A stretch of 64,000 nt of DNA from Ruminococcus sp. (GCA_021202895.1 JAJQCE010000029.1:9664-73663), one strand, 5' to 3'. Shown: positions 48,356 through 57,634, numbered from the stretch's first letter. Numbers and translations are program-made. Notes: generated by a model from the letters alone, not told the origin.

Positions 48356-48777
48356 TTAGACTTAAACAGGATGACTATGATAAGATTTTAGCATATGCCA
48401 AAAGCGAGCTGCCAAATGAAGCCTGCGGGCTTATTGCTGGAAGTGAAACCGATCAGGGTGACAAGCTTGTCGAAAAAGTGTATCTTTTAACCAACATCGA
48501 CCACAGCAACGAGCACTTTTCGCTAGATCCTAAGGAACAGCTTGCCGCAGTGAAGGATATGCGCTCACTCGGTCTTAAGCCGCTTGGCAACTGGCACTCG
48601 CACCCCGAGTCGCCATCACGTCCCTCGGACGAGGACAAGCGTTTAGCCTATGACAGCAAGGCTAGCTACATGATACTCTCACTTATGCAGATAGACAGCC
48701 CTGTGCTAAACTCATTTAAAATAGAAGGCGATGTCTCTCAAAAGGAAGAGCTTGTGATAATAGGTGTCATTAAATGA
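48352..48777 (+). CDS. JAB/MPN (Mov34) metalloprotease (HcyD/Mec-like)
   Basis: NEACGLI and NWHSHPESPSRPSDED (HxH-x10-D). Confidence 0.92.
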   Translation: MIRLKQDDYDKILAYAKSELPNEACGLIAGSETDQGDKLVEKVYLLTNIDHSNEHFSLDPKEQLAAVKDMRSLGLKPLGNWHSHPESPSRPSDEDKRLAYDSKASYMILSLMQIDSPVLNSFKIEGDVSQKEELVIIGVIK

Positions 48778-49095
48778 CATAACTAATTTTTTATGTGGGG
48801 ATATATGGTGGTTGAGGTAATTCCTCACATGTCCCCACTTTAAATTTTTTCTAAAAAAACTACTCAATTGCGGACAATGGTTATGAGATAAAAAACACTT
48901 GATGAGAATAAGGCACGTGAGCTTGCAAGGATCTGCGGTTAAGAGATAAATGTGTGGTGGTCGGAAATACCCACACCACCTGTAAGGTCTTAGAAGTTGA
49001 CGATGAAGCCCGCCTTTAGGTGGAGTACGAGGACAAAACTAAAGCCAAGCACTATTCAGGCCATGTCGAGAGAATATTATTAGATTAAACAGACA

Positions 49096-49134
49096 TGTCT
49101 TTGCTCACAGTACAGTGAGCAAAGACACTATTTT
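49096..49134 (+). terminator. Strong hairpin at the right end of the sulfur island
   Basis: TGTCTTTGCTCAC/GTGAGCAAAGACA perfect 13-bp stem. Confidence 0.7.
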
Positions 49135-49258
49135 CAATATGCAAAATAAAATTTTTACAGCTTTGGCATCATGCACAAAAATAACTCTCGTTTTTTAGAA
49201 GAAATGACAAAGCTTCGGCTTAAGTATGCGCCAAAATCAAAAATATTCAAAAAAGGTG

Positions 49259-49287
49259 TTGACAAATAAAAAAATACGTGCTATAAT
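49259..49287 (+). promoter_or_regulatory. sigmaA promoter of the T-box/thrS transcript
   Basis: TTGACA-17-TATAAT with TGn. Confidence 0.8.
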
Positions 49288-49297
49288 GTATATGATA

Positions 49298-49543
49298 TTT
49301 AAAACTATGACGAGAGAAGCTGTTTTTGCAATAAAGCTTTCAGAGAGTGCTTCATATGCTGGAAGAAGCGCAGCTTTTAAAATTCGGATACCGCTCTTTG
49401 AGTTCGCCTAATCAGCGACGGCAAACCCCGTTACAGGTTATGTGCTTTTTAAGTACGCAAAGGCGCCTTTCGGCGTGAAATTGGGTGGAACCACGGCTTG
49501 AAATTTTGTCGTCCCTTAGACTTTAGTCTTTGGGACTTTTTGT
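49298..49543 (+). ncRNA. T-box riboswitch (Thr)
   Basis: Stem I GA/AGAGAG..GCTGG..AG pattern, candidate specifier ACC at 49390-49392, T-box AATTGGGTGGAACCACGG, terminator GTCCC...GGGACTTTTTG. Confidence 0.9.
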
Positions 49544-49565
49544 TTTCTCTGAAAGGATTTTTAGT

Positions 49566-49955
49566 ATGAAAGTAAATACGCTGAAATTAAGACGCATACT
49601 TTCAGTTGTATGCTATATTCTTATGCTTGCGGCTGACTTTGCTGAAGTATATGTTATATATTTCTCTTACAGCGGCGGAATAACCTATTACTTTGGTATG
49701 CTTTTGTTTGTGCCGATTTTCATTTTCACTTACTGGATGGAAACCTTTTTTTCACAGCTGACATATGGTAAGGTAAAAATAAACAGTGAGAAAAAAAAGA
49801 AACGAATAATGCCAAAGAAGCTAAGGGCATTTTTAAATTCCTTAGGAACTATTTTAAGCCTTGCCATAGTAGCTTTTTGGATCTACATTTACATAATGCA
49901 GTCACTTAACACTACGTCAAACGAGGCTCTTTTAGTTAAGAATTTTTTATTATGA
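49566..49955 (+). CDS. Hypothetical membrane protein (about 3 TM) between the T-box and thrS
   Basis: GAAAGGA RBS; 129 aa; three hydrophobic stretches and a Lys/Arg-rich loop. Confidence 0.7.
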   Translation: MKVNTLKLRRILSVVCYILMLAADFAEVYVIYFSYSGGITYYFGMLLFVPIFIFTYWMETFFSQLTYGKVKINSEKKKKRIMPKKLRAFLNSLGTILSLAIVAFWIYIYIMQSLNTTSNEALLVKNFLL

Positions 49956-49969
49956 AAGGATAGATAAAT

Positions 49970-51916
49970 ATGATTAAACTCACACTTAAGGACGGCAGCG
50001 TTCGTGAAATTGAATCACAAATGCCTGCTTATGAAATTGTCAAGTCAATAGGCATGGGGCTTTACAAGGCTGCCTGCTGCGTGAAAATTAACGACGAAGT
50101 CAGGGATCTTCGCACTGTAATTGACTCTGACTGCGAATTTGAGGTTCTCACCTTTGATTCAAAATCTGGTGCTGAAACCTTCCGTCACACAGCGGCTCAC
50201 CTTATGGCGCAGGCGGTTAAGAATCTCTACCCCGAAGCCAAGCTTGCAAGAGGTCCTGCTACCGAAACGGGCTTTTACTACGACTTTGAGGTTGCAAAGC
50301 CATTTTCACCTGACGATTTAACCAAAATTGAAGCAGAAATGAAAAAGCTTGCGAAGGAGGGCTATGAGCTTGAACGCTTTGAGCTTGATGCTGACGAAGC
50401 TTTGAAGCTTATGGAGGAGAGAAACGAGGACTACAAGATAGAGCTTATTCACAAGCACGACAATCTGGGCGAAGCGTTAAGCTTTTACAAGCAGGGTGAT
50501 TTTGTAGACCTGTGCGCAGGACCTCATCTTATGAGCGTTTCACCCGTCAAGGCTGTCAAGCTGCTTTCCTGTACAGGTGCGTACTGGGGCAAGGCCGAGG
50601 ACGGCAAACAGCTTTCGCGTATCTATGGAACAGCTTTCCCTAAAGCTTCAATGCTTGATGCGTATTTAAAGCAGATGGAGGAGGCTAGACTTAGAGATCA
50701 CAACAAGCTCGGACGTGAGCTTGAATACTTTACCACTGTTGATTATATCGGTCAGGGTCTGCCTGTGCTTTTGCCAAAGGGAGCAAGGGTTGTTCAGCTT
50801 TTGCAAAGATGGGTTGAGGACGTTGAGCAGGAGCACGGCTGTCAGCTTACAAAGACTCCCCTTTTCGCAAAGAGCGATCTATACAAAATTTCAGGTCACT
50901 GGGATCACTACCTTGACGGAATGTTTATTTTAGGCGATCCGTACGATGAGGAAAAGGAATGCTTTGCGCTTCGTCCTATGACCTGCCCATTTCAGTATCA
51001 GGTTTTCCTGAACAGACAGCGTTCCTACCGTGATTTACCAATGCGTTTAACTGAAACCTCTACGCTTTTCAGAAACGAAGACAGCGGAGAAATGCACGGG
51101 CTTATCCGCGTTCGCCAGTTCACTATTTCAGAAGGACATTATATTCTCCGTCCAGATCAGCTTGAGGAGGAATTTAAAGGCTGTCTTGATCTAGCAAAGT
51201 ATATGCTTGACACTGTAGGACTGCTTGACGACTGCACATTCAGATTTTCACAGTGGAATCCTGAAAACCCCGACAACAAGTACGAGGGTACTCCCGAACA
51301 ATGGGAAGCAGCGCAGGCGGCTATGAAAAAGATTCTTGACGATTTAAATGTCGACTATGAAATCGGAATTGACGAGGCGGCGTTCTACGGTCCTAAGCTT
51401 GACATTCAATACAGAAACGTTTACGGCAAGGAGGACACGCTTGTTACAATTCAAATTGACATGCTGCTTGCTGAACGCTTTGGAATGTACTACATTGACA
51501 AGGATGGACAGAAAAAGCTGCCCTACATTATTCACCGCACCTCGTTAGGCTGCTATGAACGCACGCTAGCTTATATGATTGAGCATTTTGCGGGAGTTAT
51601 GCCGCTCTGGCTTGCGCCTGAGCAGGTTAGAGTTCTGCCGATTACCCCTGAACAAAACGACTATGCGCAATCTATAGCAAACAAGCTCAAGAGCTATGGA
51701 ATGAGAGTTACCGTTGACGACCGTGACAGCAACATAGGTCCTAAAATCAAAAATTCACGCTTAGAGCGCATACCTTATATGCTGATTGTCGGCGAAAAGG
51801 AAGCTTCGGCAAACACTGTTACAGTTAGAAGCCGCAAGGAGGGAGAAATTCCTCAAATGCCGCTTGACGATTTAGTCAGCAAGCTTGTTGAGGAAATTTC
51901 AACAAAGGCAAAATAA
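49970..51916 (+). CDS. thrS: Threonyl-tRNA synthetase
   Basis: TGS domain, FRHTAAH, DLCAGPH, RDHNKLG, RPMTCP, AFYGPKLD, IIHRTSLG..ER. Confidence 0.98.
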   Translation: MIKLTLKDGSVREIESQMPAYEIVKSIGMGLYKAACCVKINDEVRDLRTVIDSDCEFEVLTFDSKSGAETFRHTAAHLMAQAVKNLYPEAKLARGPATETGFYYDFEVAKPFSPDDLTKIEAEMKKLAKEGYELERFELDADEALKLMEERNEDYKIELIHKHDNLGEALSFYKQGDFVDLCAGPHLMSVSPVKAVKLLSCTGAYWGKAEDGKQLSRIYGTAFPKASMLDAYLKQMEEARLRDHNKLGRELEYFTTVDYIGQGLPVLLPKGARVVQLLQRWVEDVEQEHGCQLTKTPLFAKSDLYKISGHWDHYLDGMFILGDPYDEEKECFALRPMTCPFQYQVFLNRQRSYRDLPMRLTETSTLFRNEDSGEMHGLIRVRQFTISEGHYILRPDQLEEEFKGCLDLAKYMLDTVGLLDDCTFRFSQWNPENPDNKYEGTPEQWEAAQAAMKKILDDLNVDYEIGIDEAAFYGPKLDIQYRNVYGKEDTLVTIQIDMLLAERFGMYYIDKDGQKKLPYIIHRTSLGCYERTLAYMIEHFAGVMPLWLAPEQVRVLPITPEQNDYAQSIANKLKSYGMRVTVDDRDSNIGPKIKNSRLERIPYMLIVGEKEASANTVTVRSRKEGEIPQMPLDDLVSKLVEEISTKAK

Positions 51917-51923
51917 CACAAAC

Positions 51924-51970
51924 AAAGGGGAGCTGCTTCTCAACGTTGTTTGAGAAGCAGCTCCCCTTTT
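51924..51970. terminator. Bidirectional terminator between thrS and GH5
   Basis: AAAGGGGAGCTGCTTCTCAA/TTGAGAAGCAGCTCCCCTTT perfect 20-bp stem. Confidence 0.88.
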
Positions 51971-51989
51971 ATTTTATCGGAAGTTTTTG

Positions 51990-54900
51990 TCATTTTCTCT
52001 TCTTTAAAACAAACATCACCGCCGACACCGTAATCAAAGCTCCTGACGCCGCTGCCGCTGCCGCTCCAGTATCGGGGTTATCGGTATCCCCACTGCTTGA
52101 TGTAGCTGTGCTACTTGAAGCTGACGAGCTGCTGTCCTCCTCAGATGAATCATCTTGTGAATCAGAATCCGAAGTATCATCATCTGTATCTGAAGAATCA
52201 TCAGTATCTGTATCATTGTCTTCATCTGACGAATCATCGTCCGTATCATCTGTAGGTTCTTCGTCTAAATCATTGTCATCATCATTTTCATCGTCATCAT
52301 CATTGTCATCATCGTCATCGTCTTCTCCGACAATTACCGTAAACGTTACTGTATAGCCGTTATCAGTCAATGCAGTTACAGTCGTTTTACCGTATTCCAT
52401 AGCGGTTACTTTTATAGTAGCGTATCCGCTTTCAGAATCTGCCGACAATGCCGTGCAGTCAACTGCGGCAATAGAACTGTCTGCGCTTGCAAAGGTGATA
52501 AGAGAATCGCTGCCCAATTCTGAAATTTTAACAGTAAGCTCGCCTGTGTCACCGATATTAGGAAGAACAAGCTTTAAATCACTCACTGCATCAAGCGCAA
52601 TCGCAGCATTTTCGCTTTCACTTGAGCTTTCTTCAGCAAAGGTTAAACCTTGAATTGTAAAAGTTACAGAGATTGATGTCGGATTAGAAATATTGCTGAA
52701 CGAAGCGGTGTAGTTTGAAACTGAAATACCGTCTACTACCGTTCCTCCCCATGCGTTAATAGGTTTACCCGAATCAAGAACGCTGCCGTTCATCGCAGAA
52801 TAGAAATTGCTGTCGGTAACGGTTAGTTCCGTACCGTTTACCGAAACACTGTCATATCTTATCGAAGCGGCTGTAACCTGTGATTTTGTTGCGTTTCCTA
52901 CTGTAACATCGTAATCCTGAATATAGATTGCGGTAAGATTATTTATAGTAGTGATACCTGCACTTTTTCCGGCAGCCGAAAGATCCGAATCAATATCAAA
53001 TGTCAGCGTATACTGACCGTCCTCTGTAACTGCGATAGACGGACCAGTTTCAATACTCCAGTAATTATTTGTACTGTCGTTATAGAGAACATTAAGCGCA
53101 AGATTAATTTCTCCTGTAATTTCGACATCGCTTACTGTAACCTTTACCGTCTTTGTAAGTCCAGTTGAAGATGTCAGCGTCAAATATGTTGTGCCTGCGC
53201 TTACGCCTACAATTTTGCCTAAAGCATTTACTGTAGCTATATTGGTATTTGACGACTTGTAGCTAATATAGTCATCCGCATCTGACGGTGAAACCTCTGC
53301 GTCAATATAGGTATATTTTCCAGTAATAACAGAATAGCTGTCCTCGCAGTCAATTGCTGTAACAGTCGCCGAATCCGAATCCGCCGTTACTTTAACTTCA
53401 ATCTCCTGCTTAACATCACCGTTTTGCGCATATGCGGTGATTGTAGTTATTCCTATACCTCTAGCTCTAATTTTCCCCTGTGAAACTGTAGCTATCGTAT
53501 CATCATCAGTACTCCACAGAAGTACATCATTTGAATCTGACGGCGATGTTTCTGCGGTTACCGTGTAATTATCGCCCAAGGTTATAGTTACCGATTCATC
53601 ACTAAGAGAAATATCGGTAAATTCGACTATTTCAGGGTCGCTTTCAATATCGGTATAATTATAGCTTTCATTAAGAGAAGACGGTGTGAGATATGTTCCT
53701 CTCATCATAGCGTCTGTAATTGTCTTGAATATAGGTTCGCAGTTTGTTCTGTCCCAATAGGAATAAAGTCCCGTTTCGTACTTATCCGAACCATAGCCCT
53801 GATCCCAGACAATCGGCACGCACCCAAGCGTCTTACACGCTCTGTTTACTATTTCAGAGAAATATGCTCTTGCAACATCATTATATCCTGTATCAGTTCT
53901 GCTTTGAGTGTATGTTCTTGTTCCATACTCGCCCAAAATAATCGGTACGTCAAACTTGTTTGCGGCAATTTTTAGATTATTTACTACCTGATAAACCTCG
54001 CTGTACGTCCATGTTACATTTGTACTTGATTTATAAACATGAAGTGCAAACATAATAGCGTTATCAGAATTGTAGCTGTCGTCAGGAAGTGTAAACGCAG
54101 AAGCGTTTCCGCTGTTTGCATAGTGAGCAACTGCGGCAAGCCATCTGTGAGTGTTGTTTGAGCCTGTCGAGCGAACAACATTTACAAAAATCTGATTCAA
54201 ATTGTTGATTATCGGAGTGTCATACTCAATAGCCTCTGAGGAGTTTTTGTCATCGCCATCCATGCAGGTTATTTCGTTCATCGATTCAAAAATCAGATGT
54301 TCGTCATAATCCTTAAAATATTCTGCGATATTTCTCCACACACATTCATACTCTTCATATACAGCGTCAATATCGTCTGCGGCAACTCTAAGCCAGCCTG
54401 TCTGCTCCGCTCCGTCATGGTGAACATTTATAATTGCGTACATATCCTGAGATACGCAGTAGTCAACTATATCCTGAACGCGGCTTATCCATGCGTCGTT
54501 AATTTCATAGCCGTTTTCAGTATCTATCATATTTCCCCACGTGACAGGAATACGCACCGTGTTGTAGCCTGCGTCATGAAGTGCCTTTATGTATGCCTTT
54601 GTAGTTACAACAGACTGCCACGAGGTTTCACTGGGAGTAAAGCCTGAATGACCGTCCATCGTATTGCCGAGATTTATTCCCGCTCCCATTTCCTCAATAA
54701 TTTCCTCATTGGTAAGACTGCGCCAAGGAAGTGGGTATTCCTCTGTATCGGTATCGGCAAAAAGCATATCCGCCTTTACCTCTTCAAGTGAGGAACGAGC
54801 AGAGGAGTAATCGCTGTCAGACGAGCTTGAGCTATTGTAAACTGCTGTCGCCGAAGCGAGCTCTGTCTGAAAAGCAGTCCATGAATCCGCCTGATACTTA

Positions 54901-55547
54901 GATGAATCCATATCTGCGCAGTAGTCAAGCGTCAGCTTTAAAAGCTCTTTATTGCTAAGAGAATCATCCTCTTCGTCATAGCTTGTAGATTCAGTAGTCG
55001 GTGCGGTGAAGCTTGACGAGCCTTCAGAATAGTTGTATGTCGCTCCGTTTGAAAAGATTATTCCCAAAAGCTCACAATCGGTATCCTCTGTGTCAATTCT
55101 TATTGTAATCGTTATATAGTTTGCATAATCACTGCTCGCCCAGTCGCCGCCATCCTTAGTAGTAGTATTAAGATACAGCGTAGGGAAAACATAACAGCCT
55201 GTTCCCGCATTTCCTACCAGATTATCCTGAATTGCATTGCCGCTGCTTGAAGTGACATTTTGTCCGACAAGATACTTACTTGAAACCTTGCCTTCGCCCT
55301 CACTGCCAAGCATAATCTGAGCATTAACCTTTGAATCAGCTCCGCCCTCAGTCATTTTGACATAGACAAGCGCAGAAGCGCTTCCCTGCCAGCTGACTCC
55401 AGCATCGCTTAATTCATCCTGAGTTATCGTATATTTTGTATACGGTATTTCAGTATCACTGTCAGCGGCAGGAGTTACAGCGCTAAGACTAAATGACGTC
55501 AAAAATACTGCTGCTGCAAGCGCTGAAATTATTCGTTTAAGCTTCAT
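51990..55547 (-). CDS. Sortase-anchored multimodular GH5 glycoside hydrolase (endoglucanase/xyloglucanase-like)
   Basis: Signal peptide; N-terminal domain; FIVAR-like helix; GH5 INLGNTMDG, VRIPVTW, LIFESMNE (acid/base), IILGEYG (nucleophile), VWDQG; Big_2-like repeats; CBM-like domain; Asp/Ser linker; NPDTG + TM + KKRK. Confidence 0.9.
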   Translation of the reverse strand: MKLKRIISALAAAVFLTSFSLSAVTPAADSDTEIPYTKYTITQDELSDAGVSWQGSASALVYVKMTEGGADSKVNAQIMLGSEGEGKVSSKYLVGQNVTSSSGNAIQDNLVGNAGTGCYVFPTLYLNTTTKDGGDWASSDYANYITITIRIDTEDTDCELLGIIFSNGATYNYSEGSSSFTAPTTESTSYDEEDDSLSNKELLKLTLDYCADMDSSKYQADSWTAFQTELASATAVYNSSSSSDSDYSSARSSLEEVKADMLFADTDTEEYPLPWRSLTNEEIIEEMGAGINLGNTMDGHSGFTPSETSWQSVVTTKAYIKALHDAGYNTVRIPVTWGNMIDTENGYEINDAWISRVQDIVDYCVSQDMYAIINVHHDGAEQTGWLRVAADDIDAVYEEYECVWRNIAEYFKDYDEHLIFESMNEITCMDGDDKNSSEAIEYDTPIINNLNQIFVNVVRSTGSNNTHRWLAAVAHYANSGNASAFTLPDDSYNSDNAIMFALHVYKSSTNVTWTYSEVYQVVNNLKIAANKFDVPIILGEYGTRTYTQSRTDTGYNDVARAYFSEIVNRACKTLGCVPIVWDQGYGSDKYETGLYSYWDRTNCEPIFKTITDAMMRGTYLTPSSLNESYNYTDIESDPEIVEFTDISLSDESVTITLGDNYTVTAETSPSDSNDVLLWSTDDDTIATVSQGKIRARGIGITTITAYAQNGDVKQEIEVKVTADSDSATVTAIDCEDSYSVITGKYTYIDAEVSPSDADDYISYKSSNTNIATVNALGKIVGVSAGTTYLTLTSSTGLTKTVKVTVSDVEITGEINLALNVLYNDSTNNYWSIETGPSIAVTEDGQYTLTFDIDSDLSAAGKSAGITTINNLTAIYIQDYDVTVGNATKSQVTAASIRYDSVSVNGTELTVTDSNFYSAMNGSVLDSGKPINAWGGTVVDGISVSNYTASFSNISNPTSISVTFTIQGLTFAEESSSESENAAIALDAVSDLKLVLPNIGDTGELTVKISELGSDSLITFASADSSIAAVDCTALSADSESGYATIKVTAMEYGKTTVTALTDNGYTVTFTVIVGEDDDDDDNDDDDENDDDNDLDEEPTDDTDDDSSDEDNDTDTDDSSDTDDDTSDSDSQDDSSEEDSSSSASSSTATSSSGDTDNPDTGAAAAAASGALITVSAVMFVLKKRK
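52100..52325 (-). repeat. Low-complexity Asp/Ser/Glu linker (degenerate TCA/TCG triplet repeats)
   Basis: DDDDDDNDDDDENDDDNDLDEE...SSEEDSSSSASSS encoded by GAT/GAC/TCA-rich triplets. Confidence 0.85.
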
Positions 55548-55679
55548 ATTTATTCCCTCCGTTTAATTGTCAAACGTTAAAAAGCTCACTATCTTTATTG
55601 TAAACCATTACAACAATTTTGTCAATTCGCTTTAATCACAATATTTTTATATGAATTTGTGCAACTTGCACAAAAATCA

Positions 55680-55709
55680 AGCTTCAACACCTCGATTACC
55701 GTTGAAGCT
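55680..55709 (-). terminator. Probable tyrS terminator
   Basis: AGCTTCAAC/GTTGAAGCT 9-bp stem followed by TGATTTTT on the minus strand. Confidence 0.55.
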
Positions 55710-55725
55710 CGATTAGAACATATTC

Positions 55726-56943
55726 TTATTTTACCGTCACCTTATGAAACACCTTTTTGCCCTTTTTAATTATAACTGCACTTGACAAGTCAACACGGCC
55801 TTTAGGATCGTTAAGCTTCGCATCATTTACACTGATGCCGTTTTGCGTGACAAGCCGCCTTGCTTCGCTCTTTGACGGTGCAAGTGAGCAGCGAACCAGC
55901 AAATCCAGAATATTCATACCGCCGTCCGTAAGCTCATCAGCTGAAATTTCAGTTGTCGGCATATTTTCACTTGCGCTGTTTGCTGAAAAAAGCGAGCGAG
56001 CGGCTTCAAGGGCTTTATCTGCCTCATCATCACCATGAACCAGCTTTGTAAGCTCATACGCAAGAAGCTCCTTTGCCTTGTTAAACTGCGCTCCCTCCAT
56101 AGTTTTTTCCATTTCCTCAATTTCCTCAATCGGTACAAAGGTGAGCATTTTAAGACACTTGATAACATCGGCATCATCGATATTTCTCCAGTACTGGAAA
56201 AAGTCATACGGCGATGTCTTGTCGGGATCCAGCCAAACTGCGCCCTTTTCAGTCTTGCCCATCTTTTTGCCCTCTGAATTAAGCAGGAGGGTTATCGTCA
56301 TGGCATAGGCGTCCTTGCCGAGCTTTTTGCGGATAAGCTCTGTTCCGCCAAGCATATTCGCCCACTGATCATCGCCGCCGAACTGCATATTGCAGCCGTA
56401 ATCAGTATAAAGCTTGTAAAAATCATAGCTCTGCATAATCATGTAATTAAATTCAAGGAAGGTAAGTCCTCTCTCCATTCTCTGCTTGTAGCACTCAAAG
56501 GTGAGCATTTTGTTCACTGAAAAGTGAACTCCTACCTCACGCAGAACATCTACATAATTTAAATCAAGCAGCCAGTCGGCATTGTTCACTGCAATTGCCT
56601 TATTGTCAGAAAAGTCAATGAATCGGCTCATCTGCTTCTTAAAGCACTCTACATTGTGATCTATCGTTTCTCTAGTCATCATTTTGCGCATATCAGACTT
56701 GCCTGACGGGTCGCCTATCATACCCGTGCCGCCGCCTAAAAGCACTATCGGCTTATTACCTGCCATTTGCAGACGCTTCATAAGACAAAGCGCCATAAAA
56801 TGTCCTACATGAAGCGAATCCGCAGTTGGATCAAAGCCTATATAAAACGTAGCTTTTCCAGCATTTATAAGCTCTTCGATTTCTTTCTCATCAGTAAGCT
56901 GAGCTATAAGCCCTCTTCTTTTTAATTCTTCAAAAACAGTCAT
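55726..56943 (-). CDS. tyrS: Tyrosyl-tRNA synthetase
   Basis: YIGFDPTADSLHVGH, QFGGDDQW, KMGKT, C-terminal S4 domain. Confidence 0.98.
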   Translation of the reverse strand: MTVFEELKRRGLIAQLTDEKEIEELINAGKATFYIGFDPTADSLHVGHFMALCLMKRLQMAGNKPIVLLGGGTGMIGDPSGKSDMRKMMTRETIDHNVECFKKQMSRFIDFSDNKAIAVNNADWLLDLNYVDVLREVGVHFSVNKMLTFECYKQRMERGLTFLEFNYMIMQSYDFYKLYTDYGCNMQFGGDDQWANMLGGTELIRKKLGKDAYAMTITLLLNSEGKKMGKTEKGAVWLDPDKTSPYDFFQYWRNIDDADVIKCLKMLTFVPIEEIEEMEKTMEGAQFNKAKELLAYELTKLVHGDDEADKALEAARSLFSANSASENMPTTEISADELTDGGMNILDLLVRCSLAPSKSEARRLVTQNGISVNDAKLNDPKGRVDLSSAVIIKKGKKVFHKVTVK

Positions 56944-57147
56944 TTTTTATTCCTCCGTAAAATATATTTTCAGTTTATATATTTCTAAAAAACCATTTCA
57001 GTGCAGATTTTAAAAATGTACATTAAATATCCATATAATAAAATTTACAACGAAATCGTCGGTCGATTTCACTGATACCACTTCCTTTATTGTTATTTTT
57101 TAGCAAGCTCAAAGCTCTTATCAAGCCTTTCAAAAAGCTCACCTCAA

Positions 57148-57400
57148 ACAAAAAGCCCTCTGAAAAGCCAAAGCTTACCAGAGGGCGAAAAACGCTGTAC
57201 CACCTCAATTTATCGAACTAAAAGTCCGATCTCATTGTCCTTTAACGCAGGAAACGTCCTTTCCTAATCACGCACAATGGCGTCTTTCTCAGAAAGAAAG
57301 CTGATAGAATGTAATTGACAAACGCACGCTGTCTGCTCACACCAACCGCAGACTCTCTGAAAGTCACAAACCGCTTGCTTAAATTCCCGTCATAGCCTTT
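57148..57400 (-). ncRNA. T-box riboswitch (Tyr)
   Basis: Stem I GACGGG..AGAGAG..GGTTGGTGTGAG, specifier TAC (plus-strand GTA 57311-57313), T-box AAATTGAGGTGGTACAGCG, terminator GCCCTCTG...CAGAGGGCTTTTTG. Confidence 0.9.
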
Positions 57401-57439
57401 ATATATCAATCATTTAATAAATGCCTATACAAAAATAAA

Positions 57440-57512
57440 AGCGGATTACGAGGCTCGAACTCGCTACCTCCACCTTGGCAAGGTGGCGCTCTACCGGATG
57501 AGCTAAATCCGC
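57440..57512 (-). tRNA. tRNA-Gly(GCC), CCA not encoded
   Basis: GCGGATT acceptor stem, CCACC-TTGCCAA-GGTGG anticodon arm, TTCGAGC T-loop. Confidence 0.95.
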
Positions 57513-57634
57513 AAAATTCAAAATCAAATCAAAGTACGTAAACCAACATTGAACAAACTCTTAGGGCGGACGGTTTTTGCGTCAGCAAAAACATAAATGA
57601 AAAGCCCGAACATAGACTTGTGTCCGTCCCGAAG

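Larger units (their letters stand above)
28450..49134. other. Accessory sulfur-assimilation island between thyX and the thrS promoter
   Basis: Contiguous sulfur and siroheme genes sharing an operator motif; three clear gene relics (FN3, desulfurase, metY) and one possible relic at its junctions; no integrase or att repeats seen. Confidence 0.7.

Noticed and set aside
47340-48777. ThiS/ThiF/JAB as a ubiquitin-like anti-phage (CBASS/Bil-type) system
   Set aside because: No E2, CD-NTase or effector. The context (sulfite reductase, TusA, MetY, siroheme) matches the known sulfur-carrier pathway.
52100-52325. Triplet repeats as a contingency or VNTR locus
   Set aside because: The repeats are degenerate, in frame and encode the Asp/Ser stalk of the GH5.
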